From Selaginella moellendorffii (lineage: Eukaryota > Plantae > Lycopodiophyta): a stretch of DNA of 64,000 nucleotides. Both the position numbers and the translations under genes were made by a program. The notes below the pieces were generated by a model. That model was not told where the DNA came from, did no database searches, and saw only the letters and a list, made by a program, of their open reading frames with translations. Below, in pieces: positions 37,950-50,458 of this stretch. The stretch is taken from the NCBI RefSeq assembly GCF_000143415.4, contig NW_003314413.1, forward strand, positions 124,001-188,000, written 5' to 3'. How positions within the stretch are numbered: the first letter of the stretch is position 1; each line of letters opens with the position of its first letter.

Positions 37950-39030
37950 TACGAAGGATATTTAGTTAATATCTAGACTGTCTCTAGGATCAGGCTACAT
38001 GGGATTCGGTTCCTCTCCAGCATGGAATGGAAGAGAGCTCTGGCAACAGCCATTTTGCTGCCTCTCAAATGCCATGATGATTGCATTGAAAGCGGATATC
38101 TACAGGATTTAGTGAGTTGGACTCTATCATTATGGGATATGTGCAATCTGGAGAAGGCAAGATAGCTCTGGAGCTGTTTGCTGAGATGGAAGAGAATGGT
38201 GTCTAGCTAGACAAGCAGATCTTCTTTGCAGTTGTGGTGTTTATGGCTTGCGGCAGCATAGCAGTTGGGGAAGCAAAGTGGATGGAAGGATGGTTAAGGT
38301 GGCATGCTTGGAGAAATGAAAGGCTGTTCATTCCCGGCTTGCAAAGTTGGTGTTCGTGTGAAGCTCGCTGGTGGATCTGAATTGTGGCAGCATGGCAGAT
38401 TCTCGAGGAGTTTTTGACAGAATGATCTGCCACGACCTTAATTATCTCATGGAATTGAGCCGGGAAGTTGAGCTTGCCACGAGAAAATGCCACACAGCGG
38501 TATGCGGTTTCCTGGAATTCACCTATAGCAGGATTCGTGCAGGGTGGAAGATCGAGACAGCTTTAGACACATATCAACATATGCTGGACAAAGGCTTTGT
38601 CCCAGACTCTCGGACTTACGTCTCGGCTCTCGGCTCTCTTGGTGGCGAGCAAGCCAGACACTGACACGGACATCTCCCTCCTGGACAAGGCTATAGCAAT
38701 TTAAAGCAGAGAGGCTGCCATCTCGACACTTGCGTGGCCAGCACTCTCGAAGCTTACGTCCAGTGTGGAAGCATAGCCGAAGCACAGGACGCGTTCGACG
38801 GGACTGTACAGCCGTGACGTTGTCTCATGGAATGCCATGGTTTGTGAGCGAGGAGCTATTCCAGCAAATGCAGGACCAAGTTTCGTCCCAGACGCTGCAC
38901 CGAACGTCTGCAGCAGTCTCGAGGCGGGAGGGAAGTTTTCCAGGGGAGTTTTGGTTCGAGAGATCCACGCGAGCTCGACGTCTTCGCAGCAAATACTTTG
39001 CTCGAAATGTTTGAGAGGATGCAAAGTCAC
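37950..39030 (+). pseudogene. PLS-PPR pseudogene
   Basis: Fragmented PPR motifs (IIMGYVQSGEGKIALELFAEMEENGV*LDK, CGSMADSRGVFDRM, ALDTYQHMLDKGFVPDSRTYVSAL, DVVSWNAM) are broken by stops and frameshifts. Confidence 0.82.
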
Positions 39031-39187
39031 GCCCACCAAAAGATCATATAGGATCTCGAGGTAGTCCTTTAGGTGGCGAAAAGCAAATCTACGTAATCAT
39101 CCTTTACACAAACGAGTTCGATCAACGTAGGTTGATCGATGGTTAGATTCACGAAACACTGCAAGAAAAGACGTACGGCGGCATCCA

Positions 39188-40240
39188 TTAGCGGTACGGC
39201 GCCTTGTTGCTGAAGTACTCGTCGCGGCGGGCGTTGCGGAAGGCGCAGCATCCGACGGAGTAGGCGACGACGAGGAAGACGAAGACGATGATGTTGATGA
39301 TGGCCACCTTGCGCCAGTCCTTGCGGATGTTCTCCAGCACGCCCGCGCGGCACGAGTTGCAATCGAAGCACAGCCGGTCGGCGGCGTTGTTCCACGCGAA
39401 GCAATCCGTGTCGGCGGCTGGCGAGGCGCTGTTGATCCAGGACGTAGCGTTCTGGTAGACGAACCCACACGCGGTGGGGGGCTTGCAGCACCCGGACTGG
39501 ATCGATCCAACACTAAAACATCAGTGGAAGAGGAAGCATCGCCCAGCAAAGACCACAAAGACCAAGGAAGAATCTATCAAGCGCAAGAAGACGAAACATC
39601 GCAATCCAAGAAGAGATTATTTCGCCAGAGAAGGGAGAGAGAGAGCGACGGGAATCACATCATCCAGGGAATCGCGATCAAGCTCAAGAATGCCACAAGA
39701 GTCGCAAGCGATAGGGTGAGCGAGAGAGAGAGAGATTCTTGCCTCGAGAGGAGTGAGCCGCGCGGCGGAGAATGCAGCCTCGGTGGGATACTCGTTGTCG
39801 AGATCGCGGCAGACCTTGGCGTCGGCGAGGCAGCTCTTGATCCTGTTCCAGTTGCCCGTGTTCTTGACGCGGCGCTCCAGCCAGGTGGAGTAATCCCCGA
39901 GCCGGTACTCCTTGTAGCCCTTGCCGGACAGCGCGTGGCCGGCGCCCCTGTTGGTGACCGCGAACGCGAAGATCGTGAAGGCGAGCAGCAGCACGATGAG
40001 CAAGAACATGACGAAGAGATAGATCCACAGCAGCCATGACACCCTGAAGCAGCTGCCGATGAATCCCGCCAGCGACACCACGAGGATGAAGACGCCGATG
40101 GCGATCACCGGGCCCTGGAGGAATCGCATACAAACCGTGTCGTGGCGCTGCGATAGCCAGATCCCAGCGCCGATGACCGGGATTGCCAGCGCCAGCGTCA
40201 AGAAATTCAGGATTCCTGTGAGGTAATTGCTAAGCCCCAT
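39188..40240 (-). CDS. Tetraspanin (plant TET family), 2 exons: 40240-39743 and 39496-39188, ~268 aa, GC-AG intron
   Basis: MGLSNYLTGILNF...RLTPLE joins SGCCKPPTACGF...CFDCNSCRAGVLENIRKDWRKV...NKAPYR*. Donor GAG|GCAAG and acceptor CCAG. The intron position matches the first tetraspanin. Confidence 0.93.
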
Positions 40241-40530
40241 TTTCTCCCCTCTTGCTCTTCCCTCCCTGTTCTTCGTCTTCCCTTCTTTTCTACACGATTG
40301 ACCTAAGGGTAAGGGCGAATATCCCTCGGGTAGACCTGGGATATTCGTTCCTTAGGCTTGACGAGCCAGGTGTCAGTAATTCAAACTGGCCCCTCGGATT
40401 AGCCACGTCACATCTCCGTCCTTAAATATCGGGCGTGACCACGTGTCCTGAAAATATCTGAGACATACGGTCGTACAGATATACATTCACAATCAATACA
40501 GAAGAGGTTTTGGTACATGGCCGCCATAGC

Positions 40531-40590
40531 TAGGGTTTAGGGTTTAGGGCAGGAGAGAGAGAGAAAGAGAGAGAGAGAGAGGAGAGGGAA
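40531..40590 (+). promoter_or_regulatory. Telo-box-like TAGGGTTT repeats followed by a (GA)n tract upstream of the BPC gene
   Basis: TAGGGTTTTAGGGTTTAGGG then GAGAGAGAGAGAAAGAGAGAGAGAGAG. (GA)n is the known BBR/BPC binding site. Confidence 0.6.
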
Positions 40591-40790
40591 AGCAAAGAGC
40601 GCAACGGTCACGGCATTCGTAGCGGCAGTGGCTGCGGCGGCGGCGCAAGCGCCAGCGACGGCGGCATTCCTTGCGAGGCAGAGATCTCTCGATTTCTCGG
40701 ACGATTGGAGGTGAGCTCGCGATTCAGTCGGCCACAATAGCTAGATTCCTCCAGGTAGTCACCATAGGGCAGGAGGGCAATGGGGCGTAC

Positions 40791-41609
40791 ATGCCCGCGT
40801 TGCCGCCCATGGGCTGCAACGAGCTAGCGGAGCTGGAGCTCGAGTCAGTGGCGCTGTCGGCGGCGCACCACCACCACCACCACCACCACCAACACCACCA
40901 ACACCACCAGCCGGGGCTGCCCACGGCGGCGGCGGCGGTAGCAGCAGCGGCGGCGGTGAAGCAGCCCAAGCCCAGGAGCGCGGCGCGCAAGCAGCCCAAG
41001 ATCGAAGCCCTGGATTCCTCGTCGCCGCCGGGGCAGCACGACCACACCAAGCTGGGCGTGAGGAGCAATGCAAAGTTTAAGAAGCCGATGCTCAACCCCG
41101 GCCACGCCTCGGGCTGGCTGGCGATGATGGAGACGGACGCGGCGGGGTTTCTCCTCGGCCACCACCAGCAACAGCAGCAGCAATGCGAGCAGGAGCAAAT
41201 CGCGGGTGGCGTCGCGAGCAACAACGCCGCGGCCTCCCCCGCTGCCGCCACCGCCACGAAGGCCGAGAAGTCGGGCAAGAACAGTGGTGGTGCCAAGGCC
41301 GAGAGCTCCACCACCCGGAAGTACTACCCGGCTCCGTTCTGCTCGTGCACCGGGACGAACCAGCAGTGCTACAGATGGGGGAATGGAGGGTGGCAGTCGG
41401 CTTGCTGCACGACCAAGATCTCCATGTATCCGCTGCCCATGAATCCCAAGAAGAAAGGCTCGCGAGTGGCGGGGCGGAAGATGAGCGCCGGGGCGTTCAT
41501 GAAGCTCCTGGACAGGCTCACGGCGGAGGGCGTGGACGTGAACTCGTCGGTGGATCTTCGCCCGCACTGGGCCAAGCACGGCACCAATCGGTACGTGACG
41601 ATTAAGTGA
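40791..41609 (+). CDS. BPC: BBR/BPC (BASIC PENTACYSTEINE) GAGA-binding transcription factor
   Basis: C-terminal [30 protein letters not shown]....G.R..GRKMS..AF.KLL..L..EG......[16 protein letters not shown], with His/Ala/Gln low-complexity N-terminus. Start taken as the first in-frame ATG. Confidence 0.95.
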   Translation: MPALPPMGCNELAELELESVALSAAHHHHHHHHQHHQHHQPGLPTAAAAVAAAAAVKQPKPRSAARKQPKIEALDSSSPPGQHDHTKLGVRSNAKFKKPMLNPGHASGWLAMMETDAAGFLLGHHQQQQQQCEQEQIAGGVASNNAAASPAAATATKAEKSGKNSGGAKAESSTTRKYYPAPFCSCTGTNQQCYRWGNGGWQSACCTTKISMYPLPMNPKKKGSRVAGRKMSAGAFMKLLDRLTAEGVDVNSSVDLRPHWAKHGTNRYVTIK

Positions 41610-42586
41610 TGGACAAGGCTCTTTCTCGGCTCGATCATCTCTTTGGTTCTTCTACTCTCGTTTCTTTCTTTCTTTCTTTCTGCGTCTAATATCACAGGAG
41701 AGAGCTTTGATCGTCGATCGAGACCACAGCACGCACTCCACAAACGCACATCAACCATGGTATACAGCGAGAAATTACAAGGTGTAATTCTACCGATGAT
41801 GATGAAGTCTAGAAAACAAAAAATGTAGCTATGGAGATTTTTAAGGGAGGGCGAGAGAGGGTTATGTACATTTGTGAAGCAGATTGAGAGGAGAGGGAAA
41901 TTATTTGCAAGGGGCAACACTACTTGCTTATAACTGTACATGGTTTTTCTCTCTATATTATTTCTCCCTCGCGGAACATGCTTTGGAATATTTTTAGCAT
42001 TATAGCCGTACAGATATTTAGGGTTCTTCGGCGCAACAACGCCGTTGTGGAGATCTGGCGAGGAGCTTTGAATGCTGGCCAGTGATCGATTGGCTTTGGA
42101 AGGTATTTTGCTAGAGTTGGATGTGATAGTATCGTCTGCCCGAAATGCCGTTGTCGAGATCTTGCGAGGACCTTTGTTTAACAATGAATGCTGGTGAGCG
42201 ATCGATTGCCTGAAAGGTATTTCGCTCCAAGCGCTACGCATATACTGATTGGCTGCTTGAATGAAGACAGCTTGGATATCATCTGGATTTACAGGAAAGG
42301 CAAGTTCCAATTGTGACTGATGCACAATATCAACATCGACGATCTAAATATACGTTTCGGACTTGATGTTGTTGCTCAAGGACGCGATTTCTTCTCACCA
42401 ATCCACGGATTTATCATTGGACAGTAGATTTGGAGCACTGCAAAGGTATATAAACAGCTCGGTAAAACCGTTTTGGAGTTTCATATAATTGTCCTGGTTC
42501 GTCCTCTGATAGTTTTCTGTTCGTTTTTTTATTCTTCTTCAGCTAAAAAGCATTTCCGCACTTCCAACGATGTTCTTGGTCCTTAA

Positions 42587-42987
42587 GTTCTTGCTCAATC
42601 TTACGACTGTAAGTTTGGAACGATTTGCCTTTTATGACTGAGCTGAATCAGTTCTCAACAAAATTTTTTCCTGGAAGATAGCTGGTTTTTTTTTTTTCCT
42701 TTACGAGCATCATCAGTCTTACCAGTCCCGACAAGAAGACAGAACAATCTGGAAACTACGAAACAAATCCTGTTCTTGAGTTCTCGCTCAACCTTACGAC
42801 GGAACAATTTGCCTTTCATGACTGAGCTGAATCAGTTCTCAACATTTTTTTTTTCTGGAAGACAGTATCCTTGTATGTAGTTGCTGGTTGTTTTTCTTTC
42901 TTTCTTTACGAGCATCATCAGTTTTACCAGTCTTATAAAACACCGACAAATAGAGACAGAACAAACTGGAAACTACGAAACAAATCC
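42587..42987. repeat. Imperfect tandem duplication of ~190-210 bp
   Basis: ATGACTGAGCTGAATCAGTTCTCAACA...TTTACGAGCATCATCAGT...CTGGAAACTACGAAACAAATCC occurs twice (42587-42770 and 42780-42987). Confidence 0.85.
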
Positions 42988-45706
42988 AGGCCTAAATACA
43001 CGCGGTCCAGCGCGTGCCAAATGTGCAGTGAATACTACACAAAAGCAAGACGTGTCGAGTGACTGCTGCTCGATGCTAACTTGGACGCTCAACCAAATCC
43101 AAAACAAATCTCAACAGCCGCAGGTCAGTGTTTGTTTGTTTTCATGTTTCCTTTGTACTCCTCCTCCACAAACTTTGGTGCCGTTTGCGAGCAGGAAAGC
43201 AAGATCTGTGGTCACGAGCCGGGAGTTTCTCAAATCCGATCTATCCAGGACACTCTGGAATTAAGAGATAAGGCGACATCCAGCCAGTAAGATATATTCA
43301 TATATCCGCGAATTCAGAAAGCTGGTATGCGGTTTGATGTTTACATGTAGCAGAGCTCTTTCTTTGCAGCTTCGCGAGGAAGACGCTCGCGGACGCCTCC
43401 TCGCCCGCTGGCTCCACTATGACTTCCACTGCTGCACACAAGACAGGCGGAACGCTTGTCTTTGCTTGAAATTTATGGCAACTTGGAACAAGCGACGAGC
43501 GAGGGGTGAGCGAGTGGTGAGCTCCTTACTCGGGCTTTTATTGTTGTTCTTGTGTTCTTTTTTATCATTTCCTGTCTTACGAACACGCTCCACAGCGCAG
43601 TGCATGACACAACAGTGGAGCCGCTTTGAAAAAACTTAGCGCCGGAGCGCAATGGAGACGAAACAGAAGGCAAGCACAAGCGTCAAAGTTTTGCGAGCTC
43701 TGAGAAAGAAACAGACAAAGTTTTGCAGAACTTCGCGTTTTTCTTTTGGCAGCGGCATGACCTCACGCAGCAGTACACCGAAAAAGTTTGAAGAGTTTGA
43801 AGCTTGACTGTACTCGTTCCTAGACCACGGACAAATGCCAATTGGGACCAGCCACGGGAGCTTTTGTGTTTTTCTCGTTGCTGAAAGGTAAAGAAAGAGA
43901 GAAAGGTAGACCGGCTATTGTTTGCGTGCTCTTTAACTACTTACAGCTGCCTCGCTGTGTGCACTGGTCCCGAACGTTCCCTTTTTTGCATTCCTTACTC
44001 TCACCAGTCACCATTTCTTTTTTTTTTTTGGTGGTGTGCAATCCAGGAACAGAAGATACGTATCATCAGCTCAGCTCCGACGGAAACGAAGGGTGCTCCG
44101 GTCAGCTGACTGAGAAGCAGGAGCAGAAGCTGCTGGTGTGTACAGGTGCAGGACCAGTTTTGGAGTTGTAGATTGTATTCCCAAAGCAGAGCTAGTGGCG
44201 CAGTTGTTACGTAGGTATGCATTGGTTTAAGAGCTCTGTTTTGGTTGTAGAGAATCAACTTCACCAAGTTGGTGCTTTCCCTAAAACTTCTCAAGTTTTT
44301 CTCTTGCTTCACAACTTAGTGATTGATTGAGCTGGCTGTGGTGCAGCTTTATCGGGGCGGGGGACCCTGATTTGAAGATAGTTCTAGAGGATTTTAGTTG
44401 GAACTGAAGAATCATCTCTGTGCGTCTCGAGAGCCTTCCTCTCATAAGATGATTATAAAACGCGTTTCATCAAAGACAAGGGCTCTCTCTCTCTCGTGAC
44501 TCCCAGCTCGTGTGATAGAGACAAGCTCGCAGGAGCCAAAACGAAACGACTTGTTAACTGCTAGTCACTATATTGCTCGCACTCAACGCACGAGCTTGGT
44601 TTTCTTAACTTCTAGATCTTCCTAGATTGTTAAACTCGTTCTAGAGCATTTTTGTTGGAAGCGGTGCTGGCCTGGCCAGCCAGCGTCTGGTTCTTCATCC
44701 CTGTCGAGAAGATCTTTGAAATGCTCGGGAAATATCTAGAGAGGCGTAACGAGTGGCTCAACAAGGCACAACACACACGCAGACATCTCAACACTTGTAA
44801 GGAGAGATCGAAGATTTGCCCCGCTTTGGTCGTTTTCTCCCAAGGAAGACCTGTGACCCTCCCAGGGCCAGGCTCCTCTTTCTTTGCACAAAGTATACAA
44901 CACTTGGAGCTAAAGTTTGGATCGAGCTAGGCTGGCTTACATGTGAGATATGTGCTTAAATCCACGCTTTCCAACAAAAACACACACTAGATTCGATTGG
45001 TCATGTCATTCCATCCATTCAATCCATCGCTTCCAGGGGAGCGGGGAATAAACATGAATGGAAAAGGTGGTGTACAAATGTGTGGTTAATGCCGCGGCAG
45101 GGAGGACAGCAGCAACAAATCCACGAGATGGTGTTGGTTTTTGTTGCTTTGCATTTGTGCTCATTCCCACCATAATCCTGTTATCCACCGCCCAAAGGCA
45201 TCTTTTCTGCAGTTGGTTGGAGATCATGGAGGCAAAGCCCACACTTATAACCGATGATCGTCACATTCTTATATATAACTTTCTATAGCTTTTGTATTTC
45301 TTAGTTTAATAAGGTCTGTACACGGATGCGGTCGCTCGTAGGCGACAATTAAAAACGCTGCTGCATTCCAGCAAGTAGAAAAAGAAAGAAGAGAAGAGTA
45401 TGTATGGGAAGAGAGGATAATTCGTCCCGGATTTTGGCTGCTACCTTTGGTGGCGTCGATCAAATTCCCTGGAGCAAATAGTGCTACTGCGAGCACTATC
45501 AAAAAACGGGCCTCCATCGATGCCATCCGCTTGAGTAGCAGGAAAAAAGGAGCGAAGGAAAAAGCGAGAGAAAGAGAAAGAGAAAGAGAAAAAGAGTGTA
45601 AACCCCCATTTCGTATGTGTAGATGCTGCTGCTTGTGTTGCTGATAGTAGTTTTTTTTGTTTTTCCTCCGCGTGATTTTGCGGTTTTCTTTTTCGTCAGT
45701 TGTTTG

Positions 45707-47002
45707 TCACTGTGCCGGAACTTCAATCGATGTCGGAACCTCAAAGTCCTTATTGATGTTCATCATGGCGAGCCTTGAGTCGAGGAAGTTCTCAATGTAA
45801 AACTTCCTGCAATGGAATAATCGAAGAAAATGTCGATAAGTTTGCGAGTCTAGATAGCTTATCAATCGACGCTTTTTTTGCCCACCTTGCTTTGCTTTCT
45901 TCCTCGGACTGATGCGATCGTTCGTGTTGTGTCCTGCATGGAACATCCGTGTAGAGAAGCAAGGCCTAGACAAAGCAAAGAAGAAGAATGCCAAACATTG
46001 AGACGGAAGGAAAAAAAGAGAGTGCTTTTTCGGTACCTCGATATAGTTTGTCACATCCAGAGTGAACCTATGAAACATTCCCGGAGGCAAGACGATGAGA
46101 TCGCCCTTGCGGACACGGAAGCGTATCCACTTATCATCGTAGTCACGAATGTCCCAATATCCTGGAAAAGAAGTTCCAAGGATGAAGCAATCAATCCCCC
46201 AAAACAAAAAATCTTCGAGGTGGGCGGCTCTCACCTTCGCCGTCGAGGATGAGACGGATCTCCTCCTGCGAATGCATATGCTCCTCGAAGAACATCTTTA
46301 TCTTCTGCTCGTAGTCTTCCATGGCCTCCGGCGACACGATCTTGGTCTCCTGCAAGAACACCCATCAATGAGAACGAGGCAAAAAAAAAAGGGAAAAAAA
46401 GAAATCTTTTTCCAAGTGTGAAAAGGAGAAAAAAAACAATTAAGAAAAGAAAGAAAGGAAAAGAAGGAAAGAAAAATGCTCTGGCAAACGGCGAAACGGA
46501 ACGTCCACCATAGCTAGCTACGAAGGAAGGAAGGAAGTCGCAAATATCTTCTTCCATTCTTACCGCATACTTGTATCCGCGCTCCTTCTTAATCTTCTCG
46601 AGCATTGGACTGTTATTCCAGTCCGTCACGTCCAGCTTCCATGTCAAAACTCCCAATCCTGGATCAGCAAGAAAACCGTAAGAATGCGAGGAATTGGATC
46701 GCAAAAATCGATTTTTGGAGCTCCCACTGCATGGGAACTGCAAAAGAAAGGAGGAGTTTGTACCATGGACGTGTTCCAGAGGGACTGGCCTGTTTGGGGA
46801 GTACTTGTGAGGCAGCCTCTGATCTTCATCGCTGGGATTGTACTCCCAGGCTTCGATGTCCGACACATAACTTTGTTGCTGCAAAAACCAAGAACAAAGA
46901 GAGAGAGAGAGAGAGGGAGTGAGGGAGTGATATAAAAATCAGTGGATGGACGCTCACCTCCTCATTGCCAGCAACTTTGCAGTAGTCTTCAGCCTTGGCC
47001 AT
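45707..47002 (-). CDS. ARD: Acireductone dioxygenase (ARD/ADI1 cupin family); 7 exons 47002-46958, 46878-46764, 46658-46564, 46349-46235, 46161-46037, 45965-45886, 45806-45707; 224 aa
   Basis: All introns are GT-AG and give a 675-nt open frame. Motifs: [51 protein letters not shown]...[21 protein letters not shown]. Confidence 0.92.
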
Positions 47003-50000
47003 GATGTTTTGGGAGGGATTACGAGCTTTCAAGATTTCTCTCGTCTACTGTAAGAGAAGAAGAAGAAAAAAAAGCTCCCGCTTTGCTTCTTAGCTGTAGT
47101 CAAGGGCCGAGCGAGAAGCAGGAGTTTGAACGGCAACCTCTCAAAAACAGATCGAGCGACCGAGAAATCGAGAGTAAGAACAAGATTTGGAGAGCGGCGA
47201 AGAAGAACAGGAGAGATTCCAGAATGGAATGGAAGTGAATGAAGCGGAATATAGGATACATACGCATATATATATTCTTCCAAATTATATGTTAGCTTAA
47301 CCCATGTATTTTGATATGACACGATAGCCACCATAGCTAGCTGTTACCTTACCACCACCACCACCAGAGAATTTTCCTGGTTTTAATCTTTCCAGGGAGA
47401 CAAGGAGAAAAAGAAAAGGGTGAAATTTTCCTTTTTTGCCTTTTTCTTTCTTTCCTTTTTTTTTCTTGGAGAATGCTGGGGCTGCTTTGGGCTTCAAGCT
47501 TTGTGCTTTGTGTGTAAGCATCATTGCAAACACAAATAGTTAGGCAAAAGTTGACAAGGAGGGCATGCCTAGCCTTGAGCTCTTTCTACTGAAATGGCTA
47601 ACAAAAGCTTATGTGATCATCCATTCCAAGGTTTGGAAGCCAAAGTTTTTACCCAAGATTTCGAGCTTTTTCTTCCTTTTTTTTCCCCATGACCTTCTAC
47701 TTCTTTTGGTGTACGAAGGAAGAAAAAAGATGCAGTAGCAATGGAATCTTTCCAAGCGAATGTCGGGAAGCTGTACCCTCGACTGGTTGCATCGGAGTCT
47801 GCTATTTGGCAAAGCCTTTATGTTGGATGCCAGGCTAAAAGGGAAACCATGAGAGTCGCGAGGGTGACGAAAGAACCAAAAAAAAGAAAGAAGAACAAAG
47901 AAAAGCTTGTAAACTTTGTGGTGACACCAACATCACATTTTTATAAGCATTAGAGCGACCACTTTGGTTGGTCCCTCCTCAGTGGTTTAGTCAAAACACA
48001 AAAACAAAGCTTTGCTAAAAGGAGAGATCTCTAGCTTTTGTTTTAAAGATCTGTGTCTCTGTGTCTCTTCTTACTGTGAGAGTGTCATTTTTGTAACAAC
48101 GAAGCAATCACACAGATCAAGAAGGAAACGATCAGCACTAGGCTCTTGCCCCTTTCCTTGTTCTTGCAGTCTTTCTGCTAGATTCTTTCAGGAATGACGT
48201 ATGAACATTGGTGTTTCGGCTTTCGAGTGGTGTTACGAGTCAGATATTTTGTCCTGCGGCGATTCCGTTTCTCATACGACCGCGATCGCCCACTCCAAAA
48301 CGATATAACAATTCGTCCAGAAAAGAAGAAACACTTGGTTTTGTACAGCATGACTTGTTGTTTACAAGCGACACACCCCCTCGGTAACATATTCCACTAG
48401 AACGCAACGTACACTGGAGGGGAATCTTCTGATCTCTACGGTTACAAAGTGTTCCTTTTGCTTCGAAAATGCCCAACCTTCTTTCGGTGCTTGCGTAAGA
48501 AAACCATGTGGTATAGTGTATCTCTGTGATGCAAAAGGCTACGTATGGCGCTATGACTTCCAGTTTTCTCGGTGTTGAATTAAACAAGCACACACTCATG
48601 CCACTATATGCTTTGCCTGCTCGCTGCTGGTCTTTGGAAAGACCACCACCTTGGAACTTTGCGAGCGATCATAGCTTTGCGTTGTGCTTCGTCAGAGACA
48701 GTCAGAGGGAGTCAGAGAGCCTTGACCCACACATCAATCTTCCATGGACAGATCGCTCCATGTATAACAAAACAACAACAGGAAAAGAAAAGAAAGAAGT
48801 TGCCTTACACTCGATATTCTAGATACGAGCTATTGTATTCCACGACCTTATCAATCCGTGTTGTTTGTCGCGAATTTCCGTCCACTGACCCGATCCCTCC
48901 AAAGAGTGAGAACTTTCACCAGAAGTTGGGAGGGACAATTATATCAAAGTTGGGGTCACGTATCGATCGATCAGTGACTTGTAAGATTGTGCTGTGGGCC
49001 TTATATATATTCTCCTGGCCCTTCCCAGGAGCCAAGAAAGAAGCATCAATCCAGTACACTATAGCGATACGAAATGAAGAACCCTAACTCTTTATCAATC
49101 CTAGAGCCCAGTTCCATTTGGTTGGATCCAGCCAAGCTCACTGGGCTTCCTCGATCACGCACTTTGGTCGTCTGATGATGGTACTTGATCTCCAAGGACA
49201 ATCATAGCAAAACAACACAAGAAAAACAACACCGGAATGATCTGATCAAACAATTTGGAAAGAAGAAAAGAGTTTCTAAACACAACATTGATGAATGTTC
49301 TCCCCAGCAAGCAAACAAATCAATCAAAGCTGCCACACACGGAGCAAAAAGAAAAGAAAAGAAAAGAAAATCGAAAATTCTAGATTTTTTCAAATTTTAA
49401 AAAACTTGCCCGCGCTTTACCTCATCCGCCAAGTCGGCACGCCAGCGTGGCGGTCGTGGCGCCACAGCCTTGAATGTGGCAGCCGTCGACCCATCCATTT
49501 GCTCCGTTTATCTCGCCGCGAATCGTGGCGCCTCCGTAGCCGGTGGAGGGATCCAGTACAACTGCAGATCTTTTGCCTCGTCCGGGCACACAATTTTTTC
49601 TTGGAGCTTTTGGGGGGTTCATTCCAATGGTTCGTGAGGGACCAGTGAGACTGGAACAAGGGTGTCGCAGCATTGATTTCACCCCGAACAAGCGGCCAAA
49701 GCATCGGAATGCCGTGACATTATCAATGCGCGTCGCCATCGCCAATCGCCAAAAATCCACCCATTGATATGCGACCAGCGATTTGAGGAGCTCGCTCTAG
49801 ATCGGTGGATCGCCCATTTGACGAGATTGATGGTCTCCAGCTCCAAATTCTTTGATGTGCCAGGCCAATGTCAATGGCCCCCAATTTAATCCCGGTTCCG
49901 GCTGCCCTGGGGACAAGTCAGTCCGAGAAAAGAGCGACCCCATCGCTTGCGTTGCGGGTAGTGAGGTGTCGCGCGTTTGTCGTGTACAAATCATCGCGTT

Positions 50001-50226
50001 CTCTCTCTTTTTTTCTATGCTATAAAATTCGTATAGCGACCTTTGCTTGCATAATCGCCATGTGAAGATCATCCGTCCATCGTAGGGGGAGGATTTTTTA
50101 ACAAGGAAATACCACTCTCGCGTTCCATGCGCACATTAAAAAACTACGTACCGACCAAAAAGCTTCCTCTTTGGAGGGCAAAACATTGAAAAAGAGAATG
50201 TCAGTAACAGGAGCTTGTGGTGGGCT

Positions 50227-50298
50227 GGAGGTATAGCTCAGTGGTAGAGCAATTGACTGCAGATCAATGGGTCTCTGGTTCGAATCCGGATATCTCCT
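50227..50298 (+). tRNA. tRNA-Cys(GCA)
   Basis: Cloverleaf: acceptor GGAGGTA/TATCTCC, D arm GCTC/GAGC, anticodon arm ATTGA-CTGCAGA-TCAAT, T arm TCTGG-TTCGAAT-CCGGA, discriminator T. Confidence 0.92.
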
Positions 50299-50319
50299 CT
50301 TTATGTGCACTGATTTTGA

Positions 50320-50458
50320 TCCATTTTCAGCAGTTTTATTTGTATCCATAGTTATATAAAGATGAGGCTGTGGAGAACTTAGATCTTGTCCATTTTCAGC
50401 AATTTTATTTGTATCCATAGTTATATAAAGGTGAGGCTGTGGAGAACTTAGATCTTGT
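50320..50458. repeat. 69-bp tandem duplication just downstream of the tRNA
   Basis: TCCATTTTCAGCA(G/A)TTTTATTTGTATCCATAGTTATATAAAG(A/G)TGAGGCTGTGGAGAACTTAGATCTTG occurs twice. Confidence 0.95.

Noticed and set aside
41369-42325. 318-aa minus-strand ORF overlapping the BPC 3' end
   Set aside because: No recognisable domain, no ATG start, and partly the antisense shadow of the BPC gene. An orphan exon at ~41950-42330 cannot be fully excluded.
43300-45000. Possible conserved miRNA precursors (partial resemblance to miR171, miR535, miR319 seeds)
   Set aside because: No full mature-miRNA match or convincing long hairpin was found by eye.
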